Shown here piece by piece: positions 39,116-53,405 of a stretch of DNA of 64,000 bases (position 1 is its first letter; every line of letters starts with the position of its first letter). Both the position numbers and the translations under genes were made by a program. The DNA comes from Eledone cirrhosa (Eukaryota), in contig OZ024763.1 of NCBI GenBank assembly GCA_964016885.1, positions 14,818,001 to 14,882,000 on the forward strand, written 5' to 3'. The notes under the pieces are model-generated. The model ran no database searches, was not told where the DNA came from, and saw only the letters and a list, made by a program, of their open reading frames with translations.

Positions 39116-40343
39116 TATGTGTGTGACTAGGAGTAGGAAGCTGTCATTCCCTGACGTTATCTCTAGGGATACGGGAATCAGTAGACGGGACCTGGGGGCA
39201 GTGATGGGGGACAGGGAATTCTGGGGCACGAGAGTGAGATCCATCATCTCGACAGTAGTCGACGAATGATGATGATGATGATGATGATATGTATTTGTGT
39301 GTGTGTATATGTGTATGTCCGTATACTTGTATGATTGTGTATATATATATTTTTTTTTTATCTGAATGTGTGTATGTGTTAGTATATCTATGCATACACA
39401 TACACACACGTCTCTTTCTATATTGCTATATATTTTTATATATTATTTTTCTTACCCTTCTTTTCTTATGTATATTTCCCGTTATTTTTCCAGCCTCATT
39501 TCCAATTTTTAACAGATTTTAAATCCCATTTCTTATTTTCTATCCATAACATCTCCGACGACTGATCCAGACGTAATATATCACTAGTCTGGGACCAGAA
39601 ACATTTGGTAATGGAGTAGTTATATTTTGTGCAGATTGCCTTCTGAATAATATATATACTGTAGTAAAAGTTTGGGAGAAATCACCAAAGGTATGAGCAC
39701 TCTGTCCATAGTTTGATTTTAGTATAAATAATTACAACAGTGACATATATAGGTACCTAAATTTAATTAGGTTCTGGACCCCAACGAAACTTAAGTTTAT
39801 GTCACTTAGACAGGCTGAAAAAAAAAAAAAACCCATCCCACCCCTCACAGACATATATATGTGTATTGCTAAAGGGACTGTGACAGACAGACTGAAAAAC
39901 ACACACACGTGTGTATTGTTGTATATACACCCTCACACACTATATATATATACACACACACACACTTTATATCTATCTATCTATCTAAGGCGGGTAAAAT
40001 TGCCGAGATCCATGGACGAGTTCTCTCCAGCGGTCTCTGTCCCTCATTATCGCTGCCATATCCTGCATCTCCAACAGACCAGTGTCTGTCCTTAGGGCAT
40101 CAACATATGTTAACCTTGGTCTTCCTCTTCTAGTGTGTCCATGTAGGGGCTCCCAATGGACTCAGATGGTGGATGGGTGCTACACGAGAATGCTGAGGAT
40201 GGCTCTGAACATTAATCAGTATACACTGAGGATGTAAAACTCAGAGCTGTATGGGAGCATCCCAAAAGTCAGCTCAAAAGTGACACAGAGGAGACTGAGG
40301 TTGACTGGACATGCTCACCGACATCCAGAGTTGACATTGCACG

Positions 40344-40383
<40 letters not shown>

Positions 40384-40534
40384 TATTAATAATGAGTTCA
40401 AAACTCAGGCAGTCCTTTACAATGAAATAGCTCAAAGAAAGAAGTATTTCTGAGCCGTGTAATACAAGCTAACTTAGTCATTTACAATACAAACACGGAT
40501 ATGTTGGTATTTGTGTTTATCAAATATATTAACT

Positions 40535-40621
<87 letters not shown>

Positions 40622-40954
40622 TCCCTAAAACCATATTCCAATAATAGAATTTCTCTTACACCTCTGCTGCTGCCATAGAATTTACCTATAGCTTACAATT
40701 CCCTTTCGAACTTTTGACCAGTCAATTAACACAATCAGATATACACACACATATTTACAGAACGTTTCCTTTGCCAACAAAAAACAACTTTGTTCTGTGA
40801 AGAAACATAGCTGCTGCTCTCCTCACTACCGCCTCTCTATTAACAAGGATTCATTCTCCAGCCAAATTTTGAGCAAGAAAGAAAAGAAAAAAAAAAAGAA
40901 AAAAAGACCCTTAAATATATTTTCTCTGCTATTTCCAACTTCACCTTTTCTTTT

Positions 40955-41028
<74 letters not shown>

Positions 41029-41216
41029 CAAAAATATGGTTAGGAGGCGATTCTGTGTGGTTACTGAAAACGAAGCGTTAGAAGGTAATCGTGACACAAA
41101 CAAGAGAAGAAAAGTATCCCTTCGTCAGCTGTTTACAACGGATCTTGGATGTTTCAGCGCAAAAAACAGAACATCAATCCGTAGCACGCCCATGGCCTTT
41201 TATCTATCAAAATGTG

Positions 41217-41657
41217 GGGACACAAGGCTTAGTGGTTAGAACATTGGGCTTGCAATCGAAAGGTTGTGAGTTCAATTCTCAAACTGGGTGATGTGTTATT
41301 TCCTTGAGCAAGACACTTTATTTCACATTGCTCCAGTTTACTCAGCTGTAGAAATGAGAATGATAGGACTGGGGTCCCTATCATTCCACTGCAAAGTGGT
41401 CGTGGAGGTGCCACGGCAAGAAAGCACTCAGCCCACACTGTAAAGTGGACGTGTAGGCTCCACGGAAAAAGAAAGCACCCAGCACTCACTGTAAATGAGG
41501 TTGGTGTTAGGAAGGGCATTCAGCTGTAGAAATCAAGCCAGAATCAGTTCCCGTATAAGGAAGACAAGGTCAGCCGACCGGACACTGCCCACAACAGGAC
41601 AACCCGTCTAACCCATGCTAACGTGGAAGAATGGATGTAAAACAATAATGATGATGA
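41217..41657 (+). mobile_element. RTE-tailed tRNA SINE, longer-tail variant
   Basis: Same head and core, with two copies of the internal ~50-bp unit. Confidence 0.8.
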
Positions 41658-42105
41658 TTGCCAGGTGATCTGTGGTGCCCCAGCAGTCCACCAGACTATG
41701 AGACAGATGAGAGGCGAGAGATATATAAAAGTTTAATATAGAAATGGCTTCTACAGGACTAGAACTGTTTCATCCAAAAGAGATATTCCTGATGATTTAT
41801 TTTGAATGAAACAATTCTAGTCCTGTAGAATCCACTTCTATATTAAACTTGTTTACGCTCTACTAATGTATTGAGTACCTTACGAAGTGTGGTTACCCCT
41901 GATTGAACTCAGGACTTACATATATATATATATATTTCTGATTCCATCCTACCCCCCCCCCCCATGTTTCTATTTCTCATTCTTTCTACTGATGAAGGAC
42001 TAGTGTCCAAAACATTGACCTTCTTCCTGCTATTTTAAGCATTAAACTAATATATTCCTTCCATATACTGTGCAATTTGTTTTGTTATTTATGTTTACTT
42101 TTTAT

Positions 42106-42149
<44 letters not shown>

Positions 42150-42290
42150 ATTAAAATACTGGAGCGTGTTGGAGTTAAACACCCTCTTCGTATTATAGAA
42201 ATGACAGTAAAAGGTATAGCTCAATGTAGTTAAACAGAGCCGAAAAATTAAGAGAGTAAAACAAAGAAGCCTTCAATACATCAAAAGTCT

Positions 42291-42340
42291 TTATTAGCCG
42301 ACAATGTTTCGTCCTATTAAGGACTCATCAGGGCAATTAA
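42291..42340 (-). ncRNA. Minimal type I hammerhead ribozyme with canonical core
   Basis: Minus strand reads TTAATTGCC-CTGATGA-GTCC(ttaata)GGAC-GAAAC-att-GTC^GGCTAATAA. Stem I GCC/GGC plus extension, perfect stem II, short near-palindromic stem III, GUC cleavage triplet. Confidence 0.85.
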
Positions 42341-44340
42341 AACAACAAGAAGTAATATCGGCAGATACAAGCCGGAAACTCCGAAGAATATGGAGTGTAC
42401 ATACACTAAAGTCTTGCAAAAATATATAAAAAAAATAATTAAAATATATAATAAAGACTTTTGATGTATTGAAGGCTTCTTTGTTTTACTCTCTTAAATA
42501 TATATATATATAGATAGATAGATAGATAGATACACACATAAACATCATCATTTTATGTCCACTTTTCTTGCTTGCAGGGGTGGGACGGGTTTTTTTTCAT
42601 CACAGCATCTCTCCATTTGTCACGGTCCTGCGTCATTTCCTCCATGAGCTTCAGCGATCTGAGGTCAGCTCTCACGACCTCAGCCCATGATTTGTGTGGT
42701 CTTCCTCTACTGCGTCTTCCTTGTCAACAGAGGAAGCAGCTCTCTAAACTTCTTCCAACCCGTCCTTATTCTAGATACTATGGCCTCGGAGCACGAGCAC
42801 CCCCCCTCCTCCCTTGCTAATCTGATCACCTAGGTATCGGAAGCTATCAACCACCTCTATAGGTCCTACCTGCATTTGAAAAATGTGCCTATCACTGCCA
42901 CTTCTACTATCAAATTTCCCTGAACTTCTACTGCATATGTAGTTTTCCCTACCTGTTAGTTTGAACGGCTATCCCACTACATCTCTTGTGTACCCAAGAT
43001 CTGCATTGCGTACATTATTAGGGGCGTGGGTGGGTGGGTGTGGGTGTGATAAATATGGATTTTTTTCCGGGCCCGCTTTAAAATATGTAGTGACCCATAC
43101 CATTCACTGAAATCATACTAAAAAAATGTTCCCGAGGGTTGGAACCCCCCCGTACATACCCCATGAAGTTGAGGATGGTTGAAAAGAAGGAACAGTCTGC
43201 TATAATTGCACCTATACTCGATATTTTTTCATCACAATGGCGCTTTTAGGGGTCGTTAAACTCATTTAAGGTATTGTTTATGCATTACGACCAACCACCC
43301 AATAATGTCATTATATAGAATTTATGCCAACCCCAATGAGAGAGAGAGAGAGAGAGCCTCTACATGGTTACACAACCTACTAGAAATAGCAGCTAAACTT
43401 CCCCGGTGTTAGTAGTGACTGTTGTTATGTGTAAATCTCTGGTGGTGGCGCCGCTGTGCACTAATCATTCTTACTGTTCATTCAACTGATAAACTAAACC
43501 AAATGACTAACTAACTAACCTCTCTCATTAGCACACATACATACATACACACACATTATATATATATATACATATATATATGTATGTATGTATACATATA
43601 TATATATATATATATATACATACATACACACACACATATAGACATACATAAACACACAAACACACATATAAACATACATAAACACACAAACACACATATA
43701 AACATACATAAACACACACACACATATAAACATACATAAACACACACATATATAGACATACATAAACACACATACACATATGGACATACATAAACACACA
43801 CACACATAGATATACATAAATACACATACACATATAGACATACATAAACACACACATATAGACATACATAAACACACACACAGACATACATAAACACACA
43901 CATATAGACATACATAAACACACACACATATAGACATACATAAACACACACACATATAGACATACATAAATACACACACACATATAGACATACATAAACA
44001 CACACACACAAACACACACACATATAGACATACATAAACACACACACACATATAGACATACATAAACACACACACACAAACACACACACACATATAGACA
44101 TACATAAACACACACAGACATATAGACATACATAAACACACACAGACATATAGACATACATAAACACACACACACATATAGACATACATAAACACACACA
44201 CACGCTCGTTTCTAGAATCACCAAATTAACAGATAGGCAGAGAGAGAGAGAAAGGGATAGAGAGGGGGGGGGGTAGATACATACATACATACACATATAT
44301 ATATATATATAGAGAGAGAGAGGTAGATACATACATACAC

Positions 44341-44426
<86 letters not shown>

Positions 44427-44620
44427 GAGAGAGAGGGAAAGAGTGAGAGAGGGAAAGAGTGAGAGAGAGAAAGAGTGAGAGAGAGAGACAAAGAGAGAGA
44501 GAAAGCGAGAGAGAGAGGGAAAGAGTGAGAGAGAGAAAGAGTGAGAGAGAGAGAAAGAGTGAGAGAGAGAGAAAGAGAGAGAGGAGAGATAGATACATAC
44601 ATACATACATATATATATAT

Positions 44621-44656
<36 letters not shown>

Positions 44657-46354
44657 AGCGAGAGAGAGAGAAAGAGGAGAGAGAGGGGGGGGTAGAGATT
44701 AGATCGTTAGATTAGATTTGCAAGTCTTTTGTATTGTAATGAGAGAAGCATCATTAATTAATTGTGTGAGAAATTAGTGATTTAGTAAACAGTTTCCTGT
44801 TGGTTAATTAGTGTCAGACAGAGCATAGTGCTGACACCTGGTGGTCTTTCAGGACAACTACACAACATAGAAGACATCTAATGACAATTGTCCACCTTGC
44901 TGTTCACTTCAATGAACATTGTCCCCCTCTCTCTCTCTTTCACTCTCTTGCCACCTCCCTCTATCTTCTTCCCTGTCCCTCTCTCTTACCCCTTCTCTCT
45001 CTCTCCTATTTCACTGTCCCCCCTCTCTCTCTTACACTCACTCACACTTCCCCCCCCCCCCCACCCTCACTCTCCAATGTTTAGATTCTAATCAAAAGGA
45101 AGCATGAATGGAATCAGCTGGACCATGTTGTGGTGGTGGTGGTGGTGGTGTATGTGGTGGTGGTGGTGGTGGTAGTGGTGGTGGTGTATGTGGTGGTAGT
45201 GGCGGTGGTGGTGGTGTATGTGGTGGTGGTGGTGGCGGTGGTGGTGGTGGTAGTGGTGGTGGTGGTGGTGTATGTAGTGGTGGTGGTGATGGTGGTGTAT
45301 GTGGTGGTGGTGGTAGTGGTGGTGGTGGTGGTAGTGGTGGTGGTGGTGGTGTATGTAGTGGTGGTGGTGGTGGTGGTGTATGTAGTGGTGGTGGTGGTAG
45401 TGGTGGTGGTGGTGGTGGTGTATGTAGTGGTGGTGGTGGTAGTGGTGTATATGGTGGTGGTGGTGGTGGTAGTGGTGGTGGTGGTGGTGGTAGTGGTGGA
45501 GGAGGTAGTGTATATAGTGGTGGTGGTGGTGGTGGAGGTAGTGTATATAGTGGTGGAGGAGGTAGTGTATATAGTGGTGGTGGTGGTGGTGGTGGTGGTG
45601 GTGGTGGTGGAGGTAGTGTATATAGTGGTGGTGGTGGTGGTGGTGGAGGTAGTGTATATAGTGGTGGTGGTGGTAGTGTATATAGTGGTGGAGGAGGTAG
45701 TGTATATAGTGGTGGTGGTGGTGGTGGTGGTGGTAGTGTATATAGTGGTGGAGGAGGTAGTGTATATAGTGGTGGTGGTGGTGGTGGTAGTGTATATAGT
45801 GGTGGAGGAGGTAGTGTATATAGTGGTGGTGGTGGTGGTGGAGGTAGTGTATATAGTGGTGGTGGTGGTGTATGTAGTGGTGGTGGTGTATGTAGTGGTG
45901 GTGGTGGTGTATATAGTGGAGGTGGTGGTGTATGTAGTGGTGGTGGTGTATGTAGTGGTGGTGGTGGTGTATATAGTGGTGGTGGTGGTGTATGTAGTGG
46001 TGGTGGTGTATGTAGTGGTGGAGGTAGTGTATATAGTGGTGGTGGTGGTGGAGGTAGTGTATATAGTGGTGGTGGTGGTGGTGTATGTAGTGGTGGTGGT
46101 GGTGTATATAGTGGTGGTGGTAGTGTATATAGTGGTGGTGGTGGTGTATGTAGTGGTGGTGGTGGTGACTAGAAGATTACAGAGAGAGCAGAGGGGGGGT
46201 GAGAGAAATAGGTAGATAGATAGGTTTAACTCACAGAATTGGTCTGTTCCAAAGAACAAACATACAAGTATACACACACACACACATACACATATATATA
46301 TATATATAACAGGCAGGTATATATATACACACACACATATATATGCACATACAT

Positions 46355-46396
<42 letters not shown>

Positions 46397-46682
46397 CGGG
46401 CAGGTATATATATATATATACACAGACGCACACATATATATATGCACAGGTATATACATACACACACACATACATATATATATGCACATACATACACACA
46501 CATATATATATATAAACAGGCAGGTATAGATATACACACACACACATATATATATATGCACATACATACACACACATATATATATATATAAACAGGCAGG
46601 TATAGATATACACACACACACATATATATATATGCACATACATACACACACATATATATATATCAAACAGGCAGGTATATAG

Positions 46683-46719
<37 letters not shown>

Positions 46720-46825
46720 CACATACATACACACATATATATATATCAAACAGGCAGGTATATATACACACACACACATATATATATATATACACATACA
46801 TACACACACACATATATATACATAT

Positions 46826-46856
<31 letters not shown>

Positions 46857-47120
46857 CACATACATACACACATATATATATATATCAAACAGGCAGGTAT
46901 ATATACACACACACACATATATATATATAGACATACATACACACACATATATATATATAAACAGGCAGGTATAGATATACACACACACACATATATATAT
47001 ATGCACATACATACACACACATATATATATATATATGCACATACATACATACACACACACACATATATATATATGCACATACATACACACACACATATAT
47101 ATATATATATGCACATACAT

Positions 47121-47156
<36 letters not shown>

Positions 47157-47199
47157 CAAACAGGCAGGTATATAGATATATTAAACAAAGTTATTAAAC

Positions 47200-47275
<76 letters not shown>

Positions 47276-47340
47276 TGTGTGTATGTATCTCTTTTACCTG
47301 TTCCAGCCATCCAGCTGAGGCCATGTTGGGGCACCGCCCT

Positions 47341-47383
<43 letters not shown>

Positions 47384-47580
47384 ACTAACAGATAGGTAGA
47401 TAATGATGGACAGATATATATATATATATATATATATATATCATCATAATCATCACCGTGTATATATATAACTTGCAAAATTGGTCTGTTCCGAATGACA
47501 GAGGGAGATAGACATATATATATATATGTGTGTATATATATATATATATATACACATTCATACATACAGAGAGAAAGAGA

Positions 47581-47622
<42 letters not shown>

Positions 47623-47666
47623 AAGACAGATGGACTGACAGGCATAAAGAAAACGATATAACTTAC

Positions 47667-47790
47667 AGAATTGGTTTGTTCCAAGGAATACTTAAGAGCC
47701 TGTAATTCTTCCTTCTCCCTCTGTAATTTTTCTCTAAAAGTTCTCTCTTCCCGACCCTCCTGCTGGGACATGTTGAGTTCACTGTCAAAC
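47667..47790 (-). CDS. MYO18A: Myosin XVIII-like exon: (R)[41 protein letters not shown]
   Basis: Acceptor tgtgttgTAG|G and donor TCT|GTAAGT; 124 nt, phase 2/0. Resembles MYO18[28 protein letters not shown]. Confidence 0.92.
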
Positions 47791-47902
47791 CTACAACACA
47801 TAAATAAATACACACAGTTAGACTGACATAGTCTGATATACATACTGAAATATATATATATCTATATATATAATCTATTTATTTATAAGACTGTCTATAT
47901 TG

Positions 47903-47968
47903 TATTTTGTCTGAAGAAGGCATAACATATTGTTAATATGATATCCCTGAAATATATATAATGAAATA
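47903..47968 (+). ncRNA. Minimal type I hammerhead ribozyme (family A, third stem II variant)
   Basis: TATTTTGT-CTGAAGA-AGGcATAaCATATT(gtt)AATATGaTATcCCT-GAAA-TATATA-TA^ATGAAATA; about 110 nt from a myosin exon acceptor, on the antisense strand. Confidence 0.75.
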
Positions 47969-48095
47969 AATATGGTTTTATAAATATAATTTCCATTTAT
48001 TTAATATCGTAAATATACTCCAAATACTTGTTGAGTGCTTTTATATCAGTTATAAATATTTACTCGTTGTAACCCAACAATTTAAATATAACTTT

Positions 48096-48163
<68 letters not shown>

Positions 48164-48309
48164 AGGAGGTGAGTTTTATTGTAGTACAATAAAGCAATGC
48201 AGATATCGGATAAGAAGCACTCTACAGTTTGTAGGACTGGAGTATACATAATATATAAGATCAAAAGATGGTTAAAAGAGTTCCATGTATTTTATTATGC
48301 GCATTTCAA

Positions 48310-48372
<63 letters not shown>

Positions 48373-48484
48373 AAATAGGATTTTGCTTCAAGCATAGCTT
48401 TATACAATATGTATGTATGTATAAATATTTCGTATCTCCAAAGAAATACAGTTTTAGGAAGACGTAGCTATGCAAATGTATATA

Positions 48485-48578
<94 letters not shown>

Positions 48579-48619
48579 GGAGCACTCTTTTTCCTTTACC
48601 TTTTCTATGGAAATACTTA

Positions 48620-48714
<95 letters not shown>

Positions 48715-48749
48715 CATATATATATACATACATATATATATATACATAC

Positions 48750-48783
<34 letters not shown>

Positions 48784-48925
48784 ACATACATATATATATA
48801 TACATATATATATATACATACATATATATATATACATATATATATATACATATATATATATACATACATACATACATACATATATATATATATATACATA
48901 CATATATATATATATATATACATAC

Positions 48926-48956
<31 letters not shown>

Positions 48957-49019
48957 CATACATATATATATACATACATATATATACATATATACATATA
49001 TATATATACATACATATAT

Positions 49020-49660
49020 ATCATCATCATCATCATCAACGTTTAACGTCCGTGTTCCACGCTTGCATGGGTTTGGACGGGGGTAGTCCCACTTGAGGCA
49101 AGAGTGATTGTCTTGCTCGCATAGGACTGTCTGGCAGGTTTTCTACAGTTGGATGCCCTTCCTAACACCAACCACATTTACAGTGTGGGTCTGGGAGGTT
49201 TTTACCGTGTTGCCTACACGGCCACATTACAGCGTGGACTGTGTGTTTTTTTGTCGTGACACCTACACGATCTCATTTGTTTCGGCCCGGATGGCGCGGC
49301 ACCAACATAACTTTACATAGGACGGGGTGGTGTGGATGGGGTGGGGGTGGTGGTGGTGGGACGGGGTGTATTTTGTTAGAGATGCCTACTGGCAAGGCGG
49401 GTCTTCTCTGTTACTGAGTACCGCCAAAGGTCTCGGTCCAGTGACATTGTCTTGGAGAGGTGTAAGTGTGTGAGGTCGGAGTTTATCAGCTCGTCCCAGG
49501 TTTTTCTAGGTCTGCCTATTCCGTGGCTACCGTCTATCTTTATTGCCCTGCACTTTGTTATACAGCTATCGACTTTCATGCGCATCACGTGTCCATACCA
49601 ACGTAGCCTTCTCTCGAGTAAACAACATCTGATCCCTCTTATCTCTAATTTTTTCCTTAT
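49020..49660 (-). mobile_element. RTE-clade LINE 3' end
   Basis: Peptide [20 protein letters not shown]...GRPRKTW; same 3' UTR as 12635-13550 but with a single unit. Confidence 0.85.
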
Positions 49661-49859
49661 ATATACATACATATATATATACATACATATATATACATAT
49701 ATATATATACATACATATATATATACATATACATACATATTTTTCCTTATATATACATACATATATATATACATACATATATATACATATATATATATAC
49801 ATACATATATATATACATATACATACATATATATATACATACATATATATATACATACA

Positions 49860-49911
<52 letters not shown>

Positions 49912-50130
49912 CATACATACATACATACATATATATACATACACATACATATATATACATACATATATATACATATATATATATATATATACATACATAT
50001 ATATATACATACATATATATATATACATACATATATATATACATACATATATATATATACATACATACATATATATATACATACATATATATATACATAT
50101 ATATACATACATATATATATATATACATAC

Positions 50131-50171
<41 letters not shown>

Positions 50172-50189
50172 CATACATATATATATATT

Positions 50190-50566
50190 TCAAAAAACGT
50201 GACAATCACCTGATCACCTATAGATCCGGGGAACACACAAGCCAGGTAGATTATATCCTTACCAGAAGACGTGACAGAGTGTCTGTTGTAAACACTAAAT
50301 CCCTCCCCCATGAAGAATGCACCTCCCAACATAGACTGATAATTAGCGACCTAATAGTCAGGACGAGACGTACTAGACAACAGAAGAGGACTATCCTCAG
50401 GAGAAAAATATGGAAGCTAAAGGACCCCACAGCCAGAAATAAATTTAAAAGCATACTACTTGATGCTTTCGACAGTAAGGAAGAGCAATTAGAGTCGTAC
50501 AATATAGAGGAGCAGTGGGAATTCCCCCGTCCAAACTCATGCAAGCGTGGAACATGGACGTTAAAC

Positions 50567-50600
<34 letters not shown>
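50190..50600 (+). mobile_element. RTE LINE endonuclease C-terminal fragment joined to a 3' tail
   Basis: Peptide [23 protein letters not shown]...RRKIWKLKD, typical of the APE end and linker of RTE elements. Confidence 0.65.
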
Positions 50601-50602
<2 letters not shown>

Positions 50603-50604
50603 AT

Positions 50605-51145
50605 ATGGTGGCTGCCAACTCGTTTTCGAGTACAGCCACTACTTTATATCCATGTAGGAGAACCCCTACCGATGCGCTGAACGAGTGTGACTTTTTAGTC
50701 CAGCCAGCGACTTGAAAACTCTGGTACAAACACTACACTTGTGACAATTATTGACACATAGTATGTATATATATATATATATGTATGTATGTAGATATAT
50801 ATGTATGTATATATATCCAATGATGTTGACTTGTTCTTCTTTTTGGTAAATATCATCTTGGTTAAGAGAGTGGGACTGGCTTTGTGCAGTGCCTTTGCTC
50901 ACTATAAAAGCTTCACAGCACAGGCATTGCTTTATATCTGGAGATCTCTCTGCACTTGTCATCACATGGTACCACGGGCCCAGCGCTGTGTGTCAATAAT
51001 TGTCACAAGTGTAGTGTTTGTACCAGAGTTTTAAAGTCGCTGGCTGGACTGGAAAGTCACACTCGTTCAGCGCATCGGTAGGGGTTCTCCTACATGGATA
51101 TAAAGTAGTGGCTGTATTTGAAAACGAGGTGGCAGCCACCATGTA
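50605..51145. mobile_element. LINE 3' end with C-terminal zinc-finger-like motif, present as an inverted pair
   Basis: 50605-50758 is the reverse complement of 50988-51142; peptide [22 protein letters not shown]. Confidence 0.6.
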
Positions 51146-51750
51146 TTTACGTATGCATCACCATTGCTTCTTTTTGTTGTCGTTTCTGTTGTTCTTGTAA
51201 CTGTTGTAAAAGTTGACGTTGTCCTTATTTTGATTTTCTTTTATCTCCCTAGGGAATTCGTTGACAAGCTTCTTTTATTTATTTTCTTTGTTTTCTTCAT
51301 TCAAATGCATTCACACTGGCTGTCTCAGAGACATACAAATATAGCTTATAAAGCATACCTAAGTAAATAGCCTTCCAGTGCCCTCCTAGCTAAAATGCAC
51401 CATTGCTCCAAAACGCGCCCCGGAAAATCATTGTCTTATAAGGTCATGGGTCAGTTTGGGTCACTGGCTAGTGGAGTTCTAGTGCTGCAGTGGCCCTTGA
51501 TTCAAATTTTCACAATTCCGTATGTTTTAAAAAGGTACTAAAATATTATAACTAGAATTACAATGTAGAATTATATTTTTAAAAATCCAATGTACAAACT
51601 TTATACCCTTCACCTTTGTAGTTTAACCACTTAGCATTTACATTTGACAACAATACTTTAACATCAGTATGAGTAGAAAGTTACAGCTGGTTTGAAGAAA
51701 AAGAGATGAGAGAATTCTGGCCAGATACAGCTGGTTTAAATGCTAAAGAT

Positions 51751-53032
51751 TTAACCCTTTAGCATTCGCATTAATTTTCAAATGTCATGCTTATCTGTTC
51801 ACATTATTTTGAGGGCGGTGAATTGGCAGTATCGGTAGAGGGTCAGACACCATGCTTTCCAGCATAGTTACGTCCCTTTACGGTCTGAGTTCAAATCCCG
51901 TCGAGGTTAACTTTGCTTTTCATCCTTACGGGGTCGATAAAATAAAGTACCAGTAATGTACTGGGTAATTGCTGGCCTTGTGCCAAAAAGTAGAAACAAT
52001 TATTTTGAGTTAATCATACTCAAGAGGGTTATCAATTTTATTTGTTTGTAATTTTCTTAATTTTCTATGTGCAGGCTTGAAATTTTGTCAGTAGATGTTT
52101 AAATATCAATAATTTACAATTATATAATTTTACCTGATTTTTTTTTTGTTAAATTTGACCTTTATGGGCAGGTGAAATTAATTAATAGGGGCATTTGAAG
52201 TATCAACCAGGTGCAAATACTGGTTTAATTTTAAATACGTTGTTTTCAGCATAATACTTGATATATAAAGATCACCAAACCTTATATCAGTGCTCCAGTA
52301 AATTCACAGTCTTGGAAATTGTTTTATATCGAACATAATATTTACGGTAAAAAATGCTTGCATTTCCGCAGCATTTGTCGGTCGCCAAACAGATCGGGTT
52401 TTCCTCAATTTGAAATCTGTTGTTGGGCATATCGATTAAACTCTTCTGCCACAACTCCGAAGAAAGTTTGTGGTAAAGACAAAATGAAATAATCCAGTGC
52501 TTTAGCATCAGGAGTTAATGTGTGTTGTGGACCAGTATTTTGAATAAAATCGAACATATATTAGTGTGGTATTTTTCAACCACGTTGCTGTAATATTTTC
52601 AATGGCGTCCTGGAGATCTCCTTCGTTTTCACTTTCAAAACAACAATCATCGTCGGATGAAATTTCAGAAATGTAAACATCTGATTCATTTGAAGATAAA
52701 TCCCTAATATTATCTTTTGTTTCTTGTTCATTCTGAATGTCGTTGTGTATCGCTACTTTCACAAGCCATGTTGATTCACAAAAAATCTGTTCTACTTTCA
52801 ACGTTAAAAAAACACACGTTGTTTTAAGTTGTTTCACTATTTTAAGTGTTAATTTTCATGGTAAGGGCCTAATCTCGCAGTAATCTCGAATTGACAAAAT
52901 TTTAATGATGGTTTGTTTATTTTTAGAACAAAATTTTAGTGTGGGTGTTATCGGCCAGTTTCGAGTGGTTTGAACAAATGAAGCGGAAATAATTTCGGCC
53001 AGTTTTGGGCGGTTTGAACACTAAAGGGTTAA
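51751..53032 (-). mobile_element. Internally deleted piggyBac element with transposase N-terminal remnant, containing a SINE at about 51811-52003
   Basis: TTAA-CCCTTTAG ... CTAAAGGG-TTAA ends; acidic N-terminus SSNESDVYISEISSDDD, then after a frameshift FIQNTGPQH..LDYFIL..EEFNRYAQQ (PGBD-like). The SINE is flanked by the duplication attattttgag. Confidence 0.75.
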
Positions 53033-53124
53033 ACCCATTTTTTTTTTTTTACATGCCTACACAAATTGAGGCGCAAATAAACCGTAAAAAATAAGGTATA
53101 TATGTTCAATTATATATAAATGAC

Positions 53125-53169
53125 TTCTACAGGACTAGAACTGTTTCATTTCTATGAAATCATCAGGAA
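53125..53169 (-). ncRNA. Type I hammerhead ribozyme-like fold (family B)
   Basis: Minus strand reads TTC-CTGATGA-TTTC(ata)GAAAt-GAAA-CAG(ttctagtc)CTG-TA^GAA; stem I truncated to 3 bp. Confidence 0.55.
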
Positions 53170-53349
53170 TATATATGTACTGCATATTGAGTATGTCAGC
53201 AGAATGAGGTAGGAGAATATGTGGTTTTCATCTGAGAGATTTATCTCCCTTTATTTAATGTGAATTATGATGAGCCAGAAAGTAAAAAGAGGGAGAGAGG
53301 TGGAGAAAGAGAGGGGTGAAGAGAGAGAGAAGTGGAGAAAGGGAAGGGT

Positions 53350-53405
<56 letters not shown>

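Noticed and set aside
40658-41210. Unique CpG-containing island with a short ATG GCA GCA GCA GAG start, a possible internal promoter
   Set aside because: The in-frame donor GTGTAA is poor and the better donor is out of phase; not supportable from sequence alone.
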